The position numbers and the translations under genes were made by a program. Below the pieces are notes generated by a model. It was not told the origin of the DNA, did no database searches, and worked only from the letters and a program-made list of their open reading frames with translations. A DNA stretch of 63,919 nucleotides, counting the filler, from Octopus bimaculoides (taxonomy: Eukaryota), in NCBI RefSeq assembly GCF_001194135.2. It is 10 parts of 10 records of this genome, joined end to end, with 100 filler letters (N's around TTAATTAATTAA, not from the genome) between each part and the next. Parts side by side here need not be neighbours in the genome. Positions count along the whole stretch, not along the records: positions 1 to 11,130 come from NC_068981.1; positions 11,231 to 20,474 come from NC_068986.1; 8 more parts are not named here. One strand, written 5' to 3'. The stretch's first letter is position 1, and each line of letters opens with the position of its first letter. Positions 1-11,799 of the stretch are shown here, one piece after another.

Positions 1-245
1 TAAAAGACACCATTTCGAGCGTGGCCGTTGCCAGTATCGCCTGACTGGCCTTCGTGCAGGTGACACGTAAAAGCACCTACTACACTCTCTGAGTGGTTGG
101 CGTTAGGAAGGGCATCCAGCTATAGAAACTCTGCCAAATTTAGATTGGAGCCTGGTGTTGCCATCCGGTTTCACCAGTCCTCAGTCAAGTCGTCCAACCC
201 ATGCTAGCATGGAAAGCAGACGTTAAACGATGATGATGATGATGA
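1..245 (+). mobile_element. SINE family C (ggaagggcatccagc...catggaaagc(a/g)gacgttaaacgatgatgat tail), 5'-truncated at window edge
   Basis: Same body recurs at ~1545-1955(-), 2320-2555(+), 5900-6325(+), 9185-9660(+, two copies), 32430-32530(-), 63330-63390(-); ends in (TGA)n. Confidence 0.85.
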
Positions 246-1364
246 TATATATATATATCTTTGTGTTTGTGTGTGTGTGTGTGTGCATGTATATCTATGT
301 GTGTGTGTCTTTGTATTTGTACCCCACTACCACTTCACAACCAGTGTTGGTTTGTTTACATCACTGTAACTTAGCAGTTTAGCAAAAGGGACCGACAGAA
401 TAAGTACTTGGTTTGAAAAGAAAAACAGTTCTGGTGTCAATTTGCTAAAACTTTCAATGTGGCCCCCTGGCATGGCTTGCACTCCAATGCCTGAAATAAG
501 TATGAGATAACCAACACATACATGCTTTTCTTATACTGTTGCTCTCTACCTCCCCCACCTCACCTCTCTCCTCCCTGACCTATTCCTCTTTGCCTTTAAC
601 CTCCCCCCCGCCACAAACGGAGACCCACCATTGTCCACACTTCTGTCCATATTCATTATTCACTTCTTTTGCTTCTGTCCTTATTTCGAACCATTTGTCT
701 CTCTCCTTTTCACACACTTGCAGCCCCACCCACCCATCCATCCTTGATTTCCTGACCTTACTCTATTTCTCTTCCCCTCCTTGTACCTTTAGGTTATATC
801 CTCACACCTCACCACCGCCACCACAATCCTTTCCACCTTTCCTTCTCAAGTGGCAATGTATTCCCTCTACTGCAAGACTCTTGTTCTCTCCCTCTTTCAT
901 CCCCTTTCAGTATTATTGTTGCTCTACTTTGCAAAGAAGCTCAATACAGGCACATCAAGAGCCATTCAACCTTCTTACCAAATGGCAGTTAGGACCGGCT
1001 CCATAGGAGAAGGGGAAATAATCTCAAACATGAAGAATTTCTCCAAAACTGACTTGTCATTCAGGAAAAGAACAGGCTTATTGTCTAGAGATAAGAGGAC
1101 AGTCATGGACATGTGTTTCTGCCTCAATAGCCATCATCAACACATTCCCATCTTCAGTTGTCAAGGGACTTAAACATGTACAAAAAGAGTAGAACTTACG
1201 TGGCTTAAATGATTTGCTTAATTTCAACATAATTCGGCTAAGAGAACAACATAGACAAAATACAGGCTGTGTGTTCAGAGAGAGAGGAATATATATGTTA
1301 ATGATTAAATAGTTTAAGACATTACCATTAATTCTACTGTTCTTGTTCTGTTTATTTTGAATAG

Positions 1365-1457
1365 ATGAATGTAGGAATTCCAGATTTGTATGGCGGTGCT
1401 GCTTGTACAATTTTGAATGAACTTGATGAAGAGAATTCTGGCAAAGATAATTGTCAG
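1365..1457 (+). CDS. HYDIN: HYDIN internal exon (probable), MNVGIPDLYGGAACTILNELDEENSGKDNCQ
   Basis: ttttgaatag acceptor, cag|gtttgt donor, 93 nt, open, phase 0/0, joins in frame to the 2647 exon. The peptide itself is poorly conserved, so assignment is by position and phase. Confidence 0.6.
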
Positions 1458-2646
1458 GTTTGTTTAATTTGTAGTTTTGTTGATTATCGTTATTAAAGTG
1501 AAAAATTGTTATACTGTAATGTCAGTGATTATTTTTTTTTCATCATCACCATCATCATCATCGTCGTTTAACGTCTGCTTTCCATGCTGGCATGGGTTGG
1601 ACGGTTTGACTGGGGTCTGGTAAGCCAGAAGGCTGCACCAGGCTCCAGTCTGATCTGGCAGTGTTTCTACAGCTGGATACCCTTCCTAACGCCAACCACT
1701 CCGGGAGTACAGTGGGTGCTTTTTACGTGCCACTGGCACAGGAGCTAGTCAAGCGGGCCTGGCATCGATCACGTTTGAATAGTGCTTTTTATGTGCCACC
1801 AGCATGGGAGCCAGTCAGGCGAACCTGGCAGGGCCCAAGATTGCATTGCTCGCCATTGTTGGCTTTGGTGTGGTTTCTACAACTGGATGCCCTTTCTAAT
1901 GCCAACCACTTTACATGGTGTATTGGGTGCTTTTTATGTAGCACCAGCACCAGTGGAGTCACAGTACATCTTGTACCCTGAGAGCGGCAGATTTATGCTT
2001 GGATCTGAGGGCTTAAATTATGAGTGAAGGAGCCAGAACAAAGTAGGTTTCTTACTATAAAGGGGCCAGTTGTCTACTTGACATTTTAGAAGAGAAAGCA
2101 GTGAGGTGATCAGTGGAGAGCTTAGAAGAGATAAAAATAGCAGTGATGAGGTGTCTTGAGGTATGAAGTAAGTAGAAGTGAATGGGGGAAAGAGTGTGGA
2201 TGGATGGAGGCTGCAAGAGTACATGGGGGAGTGAGAGGTGTGGAATGGATGAGAGAGTGAGTATAACGAAAAACAAGTGTTGAGTGCATGCTAAGCAAGG
2301 AAAAGAAGAATAGGTAACAAGTGTGTGAAAACATCTGTGCTAGCACCATGTAAAAACCACCCATGGCCATTTCGCATACCCAGTACACTCTGAAAAGTGG
2401 ATGGCATTAGGAAGGGCATCTGGCCATAGAAACCATACCAGAACAGACAACTAGAGCCTAGTGCAGCTCTCCAGCTTGCTAGCTCCTGTCAAACCATCTA
2501 ACCCATACCAGCATGGAAAACAGGCATTAAACGATAATGATGATGATGATGATTATACTCCTGCCTGTGTCACATTTAAATCCAGGCTTCTTATTTGCTT
2601 GCCATTTTCTATAATTTTGTATTGATATTAAATGTTCTAATTGCAG

Positions 2647-2856
2647 GCCTTTAATTTACTTCCCATGAATGGTGTATTACATCCAGGACAAGCAGAACTT
2701 GTCAAAGTGACATTCTTTGGACATGCTAACACAGCAGCCCGCGTGACAGCCATGTGTACTGTTGAAGGGGGTCCGACGTATTGCATCCAGTTGTCTGGAG
2801 AAGCTTCGTACCTAAGTTACAAATTTGATGTTTTGTCAATTGATTATGGAGAACAG
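2647..2856 (+). CDS. HYDIN: HYDIN internal exon, AFNLLPMNGVLHPGQAELVKVTFFGHANTAARVTAMCTVEGGPTYCIQLSGEASYLSYKFDVLSIDYGEQ
   Basis: ttgcag acceptor, cag|gtaaga donor, 210 nt, phase 0/0. Matches recalled vertebrate HYDIN segment (FDILPLYGVL...FYGHANI...CEVEEGPTYEITLKGEASLVNYSFD...IHYGLQ). Confidence 0.93.
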
Positions 2857-2919
2857 GTAAGAACGGAACATTAAAACCATATAATAATAATATAACAACG
2901 ATATAACAATGTTTTAATA

Positions 2920-3320
2920 ATGATTTTAAGGTTGTGAACATGCTGAGCAAAATGCTTTGTGGCATTTTGTCTGTCTTTATATTCTGAGTTCAAATTCTGC
3001 TGAGGTCGACTTTGCCTTTCCTCCTTTTGGGGTCGATAAATTAAGTACCAGTTGCATACTGGGGTTGATCTAATTGACTTGTCCCTTCCACCAAAATTTC
3101 GGTCCTTGTGCCTAGAATAGAAAGGACTATTTATATTCTATTAAGGCAGTGAGCTGGCAGAATTATTAGCACATTCGCTATGTTCTGAGTTCAAATTCCG
3201 CCAAGGTTGACTTTACCTCCTTTCGGGGTTGATAAAATAAGCGCCAGTACTAGTGTTGATTTAATCAACTTATCCACTGCTCCAAAATTGCCAGCCTTGT
3301 GCCACAATTCGAGACCAATG
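2920..3320 (+). mobile_element. Two tandem copies of SINE family B (aggcggcgagctggcagaa...gttcaaatt...ctttcatcctttcggggtcgataaattaagtaccag)
   Basis: Family recurs at ~8967-9180(+), 17200-17400(-), 42085-42269(+), 48640-48795(-), 49010-49170(+), 49250-49440(-), 57230-57415(-); has a tRNA B-box-like gttcaaat. Confidence 0.85.
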
Positions 3321-3718
3321 TAATAATAAATGGTTTTTCTTAAATGTTCTGTTTAATTCATTGATTCATCAGATTGAGCTACAAAAGAAAAAAAAAACCC
3401 AGAATTCTGCTGTTCTGAAAGTTTGGTCTCTTCATGGATGTGTCTGGGATGTTGATTCCAAAACCATTGGTTTTGATTCTATCAGCTTGATCTTTTATTT
3501 TTTCTTTCATCTTTTACTTGTTTTAGTCATTAGATTGCAGGCCATGCTGGGGCACTACCTTGAAGAATTTTTAGTCGAATGAATTGACCCCAACTCATTT
3601 TATTTTGCTAAGTCTGGTACTTATTCTCTCAGTCTCTTTTGCTGACCTGCTAAGTCACATGGATGTCAACCCACCAAAACTTGTTGTCAAGTGGTGGTTG
3701 GCAGGGAGGACAAAGACA

Positions 3719-3799
<81 letters not shown>

Positions 3800-3802
<3 letters not shown>

Positions 3803-4060
3803 TTTAACCTGCAAATGGCCGAGCTCTCCACAGACCATGTGCCCTTAATATTGTTCTCAGGGAGATTCAGTATGACACAGAATGTGACGAAACTGGTCCC
3901 TTTGAATGACAGTTACAACTCATTATTGCCAGCAGGGCAGACTGGAGCAACATGAAATAAAGTGTCTTGCTCAAGGACACAACATGATCCCTAGGAATCA
4001 AACTCATGATGCTAAGATCGTGGACTGAATGTTCTAACCACAAAGCCATCTGTTTTCACA
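3800..4060 (-). mobile_element. SINE family E (tRNA head followed by gtgtccttgagcaagacactttatttca...)
   Basis: Reverse complement of the copy at 29598-29997; also at ~10057-10300(-) and 39290-39410(-). Confidence 0.75.
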
Positions 4061-4305
4061 TAACCTTACTTTTACCATATCAGATGCACCCCAATTTCAG
4101 TAGTGGATATCCAGGGACATAAGTTTAAAAAAAATTTTTTTTATGAGTAACATAGGTCTAACCTCACAAATAGGACCCAGGGTGAATTTTTTTAGTCATT
4201 TTTTAGTGGGGGAAAAAGTGCATCTTATAAGCTATCAAATATGATATTTAATATGAAAAGAGAGTGAAGTTTATGTTTCTATCAATCTATATCAATTTAT
4301 ATCAG

Positions 4306-4440
4306 AAATATGACCAAGTGGCTGAAGCTACCATTACACTGACCAACACTGGACTTGTTGGTTGTGATTTCTCCGCCATAAATATATTAAAAATGGAAGA
4401 TGAAATTCCTCCACAGACTCCCATTGTAGTTCCAGGATCA
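4306..4440 (+). CDS. HYDIN: HYDIN internal exon, KYDQVAEATITLTNTGLVGCDFSAINILKMEDEIPPQTPIVVPGS
   Basis: atatcag acceptor, tca|gtaagt donor, 135 nt, phase 0/0. Continues the recalled HYDIN sequence (FDHVTEREITLTNMGKVGFEF...PGVPLILPVS). Confidence 0.9.
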
Positions 4441-4952
4441 GTAAGTTTTTCTTTATTTGTTTCTGTTTGTTTTTTAATAACTTAATTTCATTTCAATTAT
4501 ATACGTATCCTTTCTCTCTCTCTCTCTTTCACTCACACAAACACACGCACGCACACGCGCGTGCACACACACACACACTGTCATCATTTTAACGTCCACT
4601 TTCCCTTGCTTGCACAGGTTAGAAGGAATTCACTAAGGAAGATTTTCTACATGCGAGTGCTCTTCCTGTCACTAACCCTCACCTTTTTCTAAGAAAGGTA
4701 ATATTTCCTCATGGCCAGACATGCTTTCATGGAAGTTCGGAAATGAAGGACACTGCCTGTATGGTGGTGATACTCACAAATGTCATGTGATATCAAGACA
4801 AGGAGGCACATACATATACACATACTCACACACAATATATATATATATATGTCTTTTACATTGTTTAGGGTAACGTTAGGGGTATTCAAATAAAGCTCCC
4901 ATTTCATTATGCTGGCTACTGTCTAATAATACTGAGTAGTGAGTCAGACACC

Positions 4953-5240
4953 ATGAAAGATTGTCTGAGAAACCATCTCTCATCGTTTTACAATATAAAT
5001 AAAAGACACTCTACATCTCTGTTGAATCTTGTCTGGAGGCTAAAACAGAATGGAGTAGAATACACAAGCCACTGGTCAATTATCAAAAGAACGCTGTGCC
5101 ACATAATGGAACTTCATGGGTGTGCAACATATGCCTTGAAGAAACCCAGGAAATAATGACACCCAGGGAAAAACGTGATGAATAGACTCTCTGAGATGGT
5201 CACATTGTGTAGGCATAGGAACAAAGTATCATTCATGGAA
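4953..5240 (+). mobile_element. Penelope-like element remnant, C-terminal GIY-YIG endonuclease region, frameshifted
   Basis: Peptides NHLSSFYNINKRHSTSLLNLVWRLKQNGVEYTSHWSIIKR / VCNICLEE / SEMVTLCRHRNK resemble the C-terminus of PLE GIY-YIG domains. Confidence 0.7.
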
Positions 5241-7794
5241 CTTGAAAAAAATATTTTGTAAACAAGTAACAAATTATAGAATAGTGAAGGAACACAAATA
5301 AAGCGAAAATACCAATATTTAAGATGATAACACTATAATAAGAGAAACAGTGAAAAGGTCACCATAAGAGGGGTGGTATTAATCAATTTGGTCAACAAAC
5401 ACCACTGTATAGCAGCTGACCGCATGTTGGATTCAGAATTTATTGAGTAGAGTCACGCTTTAAATGAAATAGGACAAAGAAATGTACTACTAACCTTAAA
5501 TCTGCTGCATGAATAGCAAACAAATGCAACACCACCACCACACACACCTCCATCCCTGTATTTCTACCATTCCTTCCTTTACTCTCATCACCTACCTCCC
5601 ACTACCAAGTCCATATAGAAATACTCACATAGCTAGATTGGCCTTCATACTGGCAGGAAGTGATAAACATCTCTGTGCAATTCATCCACTCATGCAGTAT
5701 CGCCTGATGAAATGAGTCAATGATGATGATCAACCAGATGCCCACAGATAATACGGACTATACTGTAGGAATCCCAAGGATACTGACTCTGATGTTAAAA
5801 TCAGGTGATTTGTGGAAACGTGTGTAGCAATGATTTAAATATTCATAAATTCCATAATAGAATTAATTTTATTATTTTATGTGTGTGTGTGTATATGTAT
5901 ATGAAAGATTTGTTGTGGCCGATGCCAGTGCAACCTGACTGGCTCCCTGTGCCGGTGGTATGTAAAATATACCATCTGAACATGGTCGATGCCACCCCCA
6001 CCTCCCCAACTGGCTTCTGTACCAGTAGCATGTAAAAAGCACCATCCAAACGTGGCTGATGCCAATGCCGCCTGACTTGCTCCAGTGCTGGTGGCACATA
6101 AAAAGCACCCNNNNNNNNNNGCTCCAGTGCTGGTGGCACATAAAAAGCACCCACTACACTCTTGGAGTGGTTGGCGTTAGGAAGGGCATGCAGCTGTAGA
6201 AACATTGCCAGGTCAGATTGGAGCCTGGTGCAACCTCCTGGCTTGGCAGTCTCCAGTCAAACTGTCCAACCCATGCCAACATGGAAAACAGACTTTAAAC
6301 AATGATGACGATGATGATGATATATATATATCTCCCTCTCTCTCTCTCTCTCTCTCGGAGAGGCACAAGCACATACACAGATATATGTATAATTTTCACT
6401 TTACCATTTTACTGAATCAACCACCGATTCCTATGGTATTTTCTATAAATGGACAGGTGAGTTCAGCTTAACCCTAGACAACAGAGTAAGTGTCACTGAT
6501 GAGGATTAACTCAACCCAAAATCATCGGTGATCTGAAACTTTCACTTATTGTAGGGAAATTGTCTCCCATGTCAGTCAATTGATAAGTTCTTTGTTTCTG
6601 ACTAAGAGTTGTTGTTTGATTCTTGTTTCTAGCAACACGAGTACTGATTTGCAGCATCTGTAGCCTCTTTAGTGAGGATTGTACTTGTGCCTTTAGGTTT
6701 TTATATTGTGACTAGCCACCTTCATGTCTATAATATATTAAAAGTGAGCTTGAATCTTGCTTGCTTGCAATGTTACCCAGCCAAACTGACACATAATGGG
6801 AAAATATTGTGAATGAAGTTTTCCCTGAAATGTGAATATGAACAGAATAGAATAAAACAAGTTTTGCGTAAATTCGACAACTGGTGTATAATGGGAAAAT
6901 TCTCTGAAAATAACTTAATCCTGAAAGGGGAGAAACACTTTCCTTTTGATTAGACACAGTGACTTGACAACGAAAAAATATTTGTTTTTTACAGTAAATG
7001 TTTATTTTCACCTTTGTTAAACACAATATTTTAATCATTTAGAAACATTTTTAAGTGAATGTGATTTCAAAAATGTAAGTTATTTGTACAGTAAGTATTT
7101 ATTTATATTTTAGCTTTCTTTAAACAGACAATATTTTAATTGTTTTTTAAAGTTATTTTCAACTAAATACCTTTACAAAAATTTTTATTGGCATATTTAA
7201 AAAATATTTGAAAGTGAAAATAACTTTAAAAATACAGTAAATATTTTGTAACCTCAGTGTGAAATAATTTTTTCCATAAGTTTTTTCGAGTGCATTCAAC
7301 ATATCTCACCCCCAAAGATTTGGCTGCTATTTCTAGCCTGCCCTGCTACATACAATATGTATTTGTGTATCTGTGTTTGTTACCCCCACCATTGCTTGAC
7401 AACCAATATTGGTGTGTTGATATCCTCATAACTTTGCAGTTCAGCTAAAATAGACCAATAGAATAAGTACTAAGCTTCGAAAGAATAAGTCCCAGGGTCG
7501 ATTTGTTCAACTAAAGGCGGTGCTCCAGCATGGCCACAGTCAAATGACTGAAACAAGTAAAAGAATAAAAGAATGTATATAATAGTCAGGAGAATGGAGA
7601 TTTTCCACATCAATGATTTTATTAAACAGTTATTTACAGCATTCCTTCATGGACCTATGCACGTTTCAACTGCATCGACTGCTGCACACCGTTAGATGGA
7701 CATTCTGGTATCAATGTCGGTGCAGTATTATCAGGGTCATTTCTTACTACCATTCGAAGTTAAGCTGAAGAAATCCGGAACTTCGAATATATAT

Positions 7795-7933
7795 TTATAT
7801 TTTTAGTCGAATGAATCAACCCCAGTACTTATTTTATTTTTATTAAGCCACATACTTATTCTATCAGTTACAGGGACGTAAACACACCAACACTGGTTGT
7901 CAAGCAGTGGTGGAGGACAAACACTGGCACAAA

Positions 7934-7985
<52 letters not shown>

Positions 7986-8150
7986 ACAAGCGTTTTTCTG
8001 TCTACCAATTTCACTCACTAGGCTTTGGTTAGCCTAAGGCAATAGTAAAAGGTGCTTGCCCAAGCAACCATGCTGTAGGACTGAACCTGGAATCATGTGG
8101 TTGGGAAGCAAGCTTCTTATCACACAGCCACATCTGTACCTATATACTTT
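7795..8150 (-). mobile_element. SINE family A (gtggctgtgtggtaag...gggttcagtccc...ggaaactgaaagaagccc...(TG)n...ggtgctccagcatggcc...aaagaataaaagaat)
   Basis: Whole or partial copies also at ~300-515, 3520-3720(-), 7350-7575, 10925-11090, 13005-13245(-), 20250-20470(-), 27920-28050(-), 37855-38000, 45475-45640, 55270-55520(-), 60290-60428(-), 62000-62200. tRNA-like A/B boxes and an internal microsatellite. Confidence 0.85.
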
Positions 8151-8453
8151 ATTTTACTTGTGGGTTAACAAGGCAGCCAATGGTTTCATGTGAAGAGATC
8201 TTCACAATTGTTCAAGCATGTCACATGGAAATGTTGGCACTTATCTCCATTTGGGATGAGAATCCCATGTGTGTGTGTGTGTGTCTAAGAGTATATGAAA
8301 TGAAAGAGAACAGTATGCAAACCTTATCATATTCGATTCTGTCATTTTGATTTGTTCTTTCTTTCCTTTTAATTTCACTTTGAATTCTAAACAACCTTCA
8401 TTTTATTTTATGTTTGCAATTGATGATCCTGTTTTTTTTCCCCCTTCTCTTAG

Positions 8454-8753
8454 GGTCATATAAAATCTGGTGACAGTCAGGTTCTCACGGTCAAATATCT
8501 TCCTGGTTTTCCTGTCAAGTTCAATTCCAGTTTCAGCATTCAAGTCAACCATTTCAAACCAGAGACAATAACACTCGTTGGCAATGGCATTTTCCCTCAT
8601 TTGCTTCTCAACTTACCCAGACGCAAAGGCGATTCACTTTATAAAAGATCGTTGAAGGCTGCAAAAGCCCATCTCAGTAAAGAGGCTGCTTCTGGCAATG
8701 CTCCGATGGAATCAAAGACAGAGAAAGAAAATGATGAAGTTGACAATGTAGAG
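8454..8753 (+). CDS. HYDIN: HYDIN internal exon, GHIKSGDSQVLTVKYLPGFPVKFNSSFSIQVNHFKPETITLVGNGIFPHLLLNLPRRKG...DEVDNVE
   Basis: Long pyrimidine tract + tag acceptor, gag|gtagtt donor, 300 nt open. Matches recalled HYDIN (QVLKVYYLPGVPEVFKRSFQIQIAHLDPENITLSGEGIFPQICLDLPR). Confidence 0.92.
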
Positions 8754-9729
8754 GTAGTTGTGTTGCCCTTTTTTTTTATAGTTCTTTTTGTCATTTTAAA
8801 AATATTATTGTTTAAGAATTATGTTTAACTGGCATCCATGCTGTGGCATGTAAAAAGCACCTTTCGAACGTTGGGCCTCACAGAGGCAAAGTAGTTGAGC
8901 TCCCTTCAAGTGTTGGACCTTACAAAGGCAATGGCCAAGACCTTTAGCATTATGTTGTGCTTGAAAGGCGGTGAGCTGGCACAATTGTTAGCACGCCGGA
9001 CAAAATGCTTAGCGGTATTTCGTTTGTTGCTATATTCTGAGTTCAAATTGCGCCAAGGTCGACTTTACCTTTCATTTTTTGGGGGGGGTCGATAAATTAA
9101 GTACCAGTTAAGTATTGGGGTCGATGTAATTGATTATCCCCCTCCCCCAAATTTCAGGCCTTGTGCCTATTATAGAAAGGATTATGTGGTGCTTGAGAAG
9201 AAGACCCATCAAGCTGAGCAAAATCGCAGTCGTAGCAGAGACCGGTGTCACACAAATGGCACCCATGCTGGTGGCACGTAAAAGCACTCATTATATTCTC
9301 AGAGTGGTTGGCATTAGGAAGGGCACCCAGCCATAGAAAACCATACCAAATCAGACTGGAGTCTGGTGCAGCCTTCCGGCTTGCCAGCCCTGGTCAAACC
9401 ATCCAACCCATACCAGCATGGACAATGGACATTAAATGATGATGATGATATCACCTGTACTGGTGCCACATAAAAAAGCACCTGTGCTGGTGCCATGTAA
9501 AATTCACTCAGTACACTCTGTCAAGTGGTTGGCATATTAGGAAGGGCACCCAGCCGTAGTAACCTTGCCAAAATAGACAATTGGAGTTTGGTGCAGCTTT
9601 CTGCCTAGCCATCCCCTGTCAAACCGTCCAACCCATGCCAGCATGGAAAATGGACGTCATCTGTTTGTGTCTCTCTGCCTCTCTCAGTTTGATCATTTCT
9701 TTTGCTTTTGTTTCATTGTTTAAATTCAG

Positions 9730-9944
9730 GAAAAAGAAGAAGAAACTTTTAAAGAGACAGAATTACAAAAGGAAGTCGACCGAGTGGCTGTGACGTTCTG
9801 TATTAATGGGCTGGAAAGTGAGAGTATTTGCAGGTCAGATTTAGAACTTCCCTCCTTTGTGTTGGATCAGAAGGGATCGTCTTCGATTATATATAGTAAC
9901 ACCAGAATTCTTCGAAAGGATTCTTCCAAAATATGGAAACAAAG
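9730..9944 (+). CDS. HYDIN: HYDIN internal exon, EKEEETFKETELQKEVDRVAVTFCINGLESESICRSDLELPSFVLDQKGSSSIIYSNTRILRKDSSKIWKQ(R)
   Basis: aaattcag acceptor, aag|gtatgc donor, 215 nt, phase 0/2. ELQKEVDRVAV resembles HYDIN LQMEVERLIV. Confidence 0.8.
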
Positions 9945-11086
9945 GTATGCAACATTTCTTCCCAAGAATTTATATTGAAAGAAACTCAACTGGCGCTCCG
10001 TCGGATATGATGACGAAGGTCCCAGTTGATCCGATCAATGGAACAGCCAGCTCGTGAAGTTAACATACAAGTGGCTGAGCACTCTACAGACATGCATACC
10101 CTTAATGTAGTTCTCAGGGAGATTCAGCGTGACAAGGCTGGCCCTTTGAATTACAGGCACAGCTCATTTTTGCCAGCAGAGTTGACTAGAGTGATGTGAA
10201 ATAAAGTATCTTGCTCAAGGATACATCATACCACCTGCTATCAAACTGTTGTCCTTACAATCATGAGCCAAATACCCTAACCATTAAGCCATGTGCCTTC
10301 ACGATTGAGAGAGATAGCCATTTCTGTATCATACTTAATGCATATACACCATTCACAGGCAAGATGCTACAGTTTTTGTCTGAGATAAAATCTCTTATAG
10401 ACATGATGTGTCAAAAGCAGAATATATCAGAGGGAGATGGAAAATCATCCTGGTAGTGACCTTGTGCCAAAATTTGAAACAAAGCAAAAAATATTTCAAG
10501 TGTTGACATATTTTATTAAATCAATGATGCTAACAAAAGTGCTCAGTACATGTTATGGTGTATGAATTTATTTGGCTGATAACATCTTTGGAAAATTCAG
10601 GGGTTTTTGTCAATTAAAATTTTCTTTGGGTTTGTCAGTAATGCAAAAATGGAACTTTCTTTGAATGTTTCCATTATTGTCACAGTCATTGCCTGAAGGA
10701 AACCCAGATTCTTGGGAATTCAGCAAGAATGAAATCTTATTTAATAAGTATAGGTGTTACATGGGAACTACTTCAAGTTTTATGCTTGAAAAGTGTGGTG
10801 TTCGACATGAGCCTGAAGGATTACTGGATCAAACATGATACATTGTACAAGCTCTTCTGAATGCTATATGTTTTGAGCATGGAAGCTGAAATAGCTCATG
10901 TATAATTTTTGTATTTATTAAATAGGTGTAGGTGTGGCTGTGTGGTAAAAAGCTTGCTTCCAAATCACATGGTTTTGGGTTCAGTCCCATTGTATGGCAC
11001 CTTGGGCAAGTGTCTTCTACTGTAGCCTCAGGCTGACCAAAGCCTCGTGAGTGGATTTGGTAGATGGAAACTGAAAGAAACCCATC

Positions 11087-11130
<44 letters not shown>

Positions 11131-11174
11131 NNNNNNNNNNNNNNNNNNNNNNNNNNNNNNNNNNNNNNNNNNNN

Positions 11175-11186
11175 TTAATTAATTAA
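11175..11186. other. Artificial gap linker TTAATTAATTAA inside N runs
   Basis: Identical palindromic 12-mer with stops in all six frames, centred in ~100-nt gaps at 11175, 20519, 22586, 27865, 35118, 47887, 53912, 56272 and 61676. Confidence 0.95.
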
Positions 11187-11468
11187 NNNNNNNNNNNNNN
11201 NNNNNNNNNNNNNNNNNNNNNNNNNNNNNNCCCATATCCTACGTAAAATACTGTCTATGTGATCTCAAATTTTAAAGCAAACATAATTTTCTTATGGTTT
11301 CTTAAACATTCACTTGAACAAAACTGTACAAATCCAAATATATGGTACCCTAGGCATAACACCTACATGAACTTCTAACTTGTTGTCTCTTGAGGTCTCT
11401 GGGTGAGACTTGGATCCAACTTGTACAAATGCAAAACAAAAGTCAAACATAAAATAATAATAATAATA

Positions 11469-11517
<49 letters not shown>

Positions 11518-11534
11518 GGAGGAGGATGATGATT

Positions 11535-11795
11535 CAGTGCAACCATAAGATTGAGAATAGGAAGCCGGACGTAGTCTTAATTGAGAAAGAAAACAAACTA
11601 TGCTGGATCATAGATATATCGTGTCCAGCTGACAACAAGGTATGCGATAAGGAAGAAAGAAAAGTTAAGAGATATGACAGGTTAGCTTGGGAAATTAAGC
11701 AGTTGTGGTCGATGAAAAAGGTAGCAGTAGTACCAATAATTATCGGAGCCCCGGGAATGGTGAGCAAAAATCTCGAGAAGTACATGGCAAATATA
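11535..11795 (+). mobile_element. R4/Dong-clade non-LTR retrotransposon fragment, restriction-like endonuclease (RLE)
   Basis: RKPDVVLIEKENKLCWIIDISCPADNKVCDKEERKVKRYDRLAWEIKQLWSMKKVAVVPIIIGAPG has the PD..D...K..K(R)Y..L RLE signature; abuts (TAA)n(TGA)n. Confidence 0.85.
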
Positions 11796-11799
11796 CTTA

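Noticed and set aside
539-1173. 155-aa and 107-aa ORFs upstream of the first HYDIN exon
   Set aside because: Pyrimidine-rich degraded repeat, loosely similar to the reverse complement of 2040-2390; no HYDIN similarity or good splice pair.
6712-6900. Minus-strand peptide HISGKTSFTIFSHYVSVWLGNIASKQDSS as a possible GIY-YIG remnant
   Set aside because: The resemblance is too weak to support, and its orientation is opposite to the nearby hammerhead-like motif.
10753-10840. Possible next HYDIN exon after the tag acceptor
   Set aside because: The phase-compatible frame (CYMGTTSSF...) stops and shows no HYDIN similarity.
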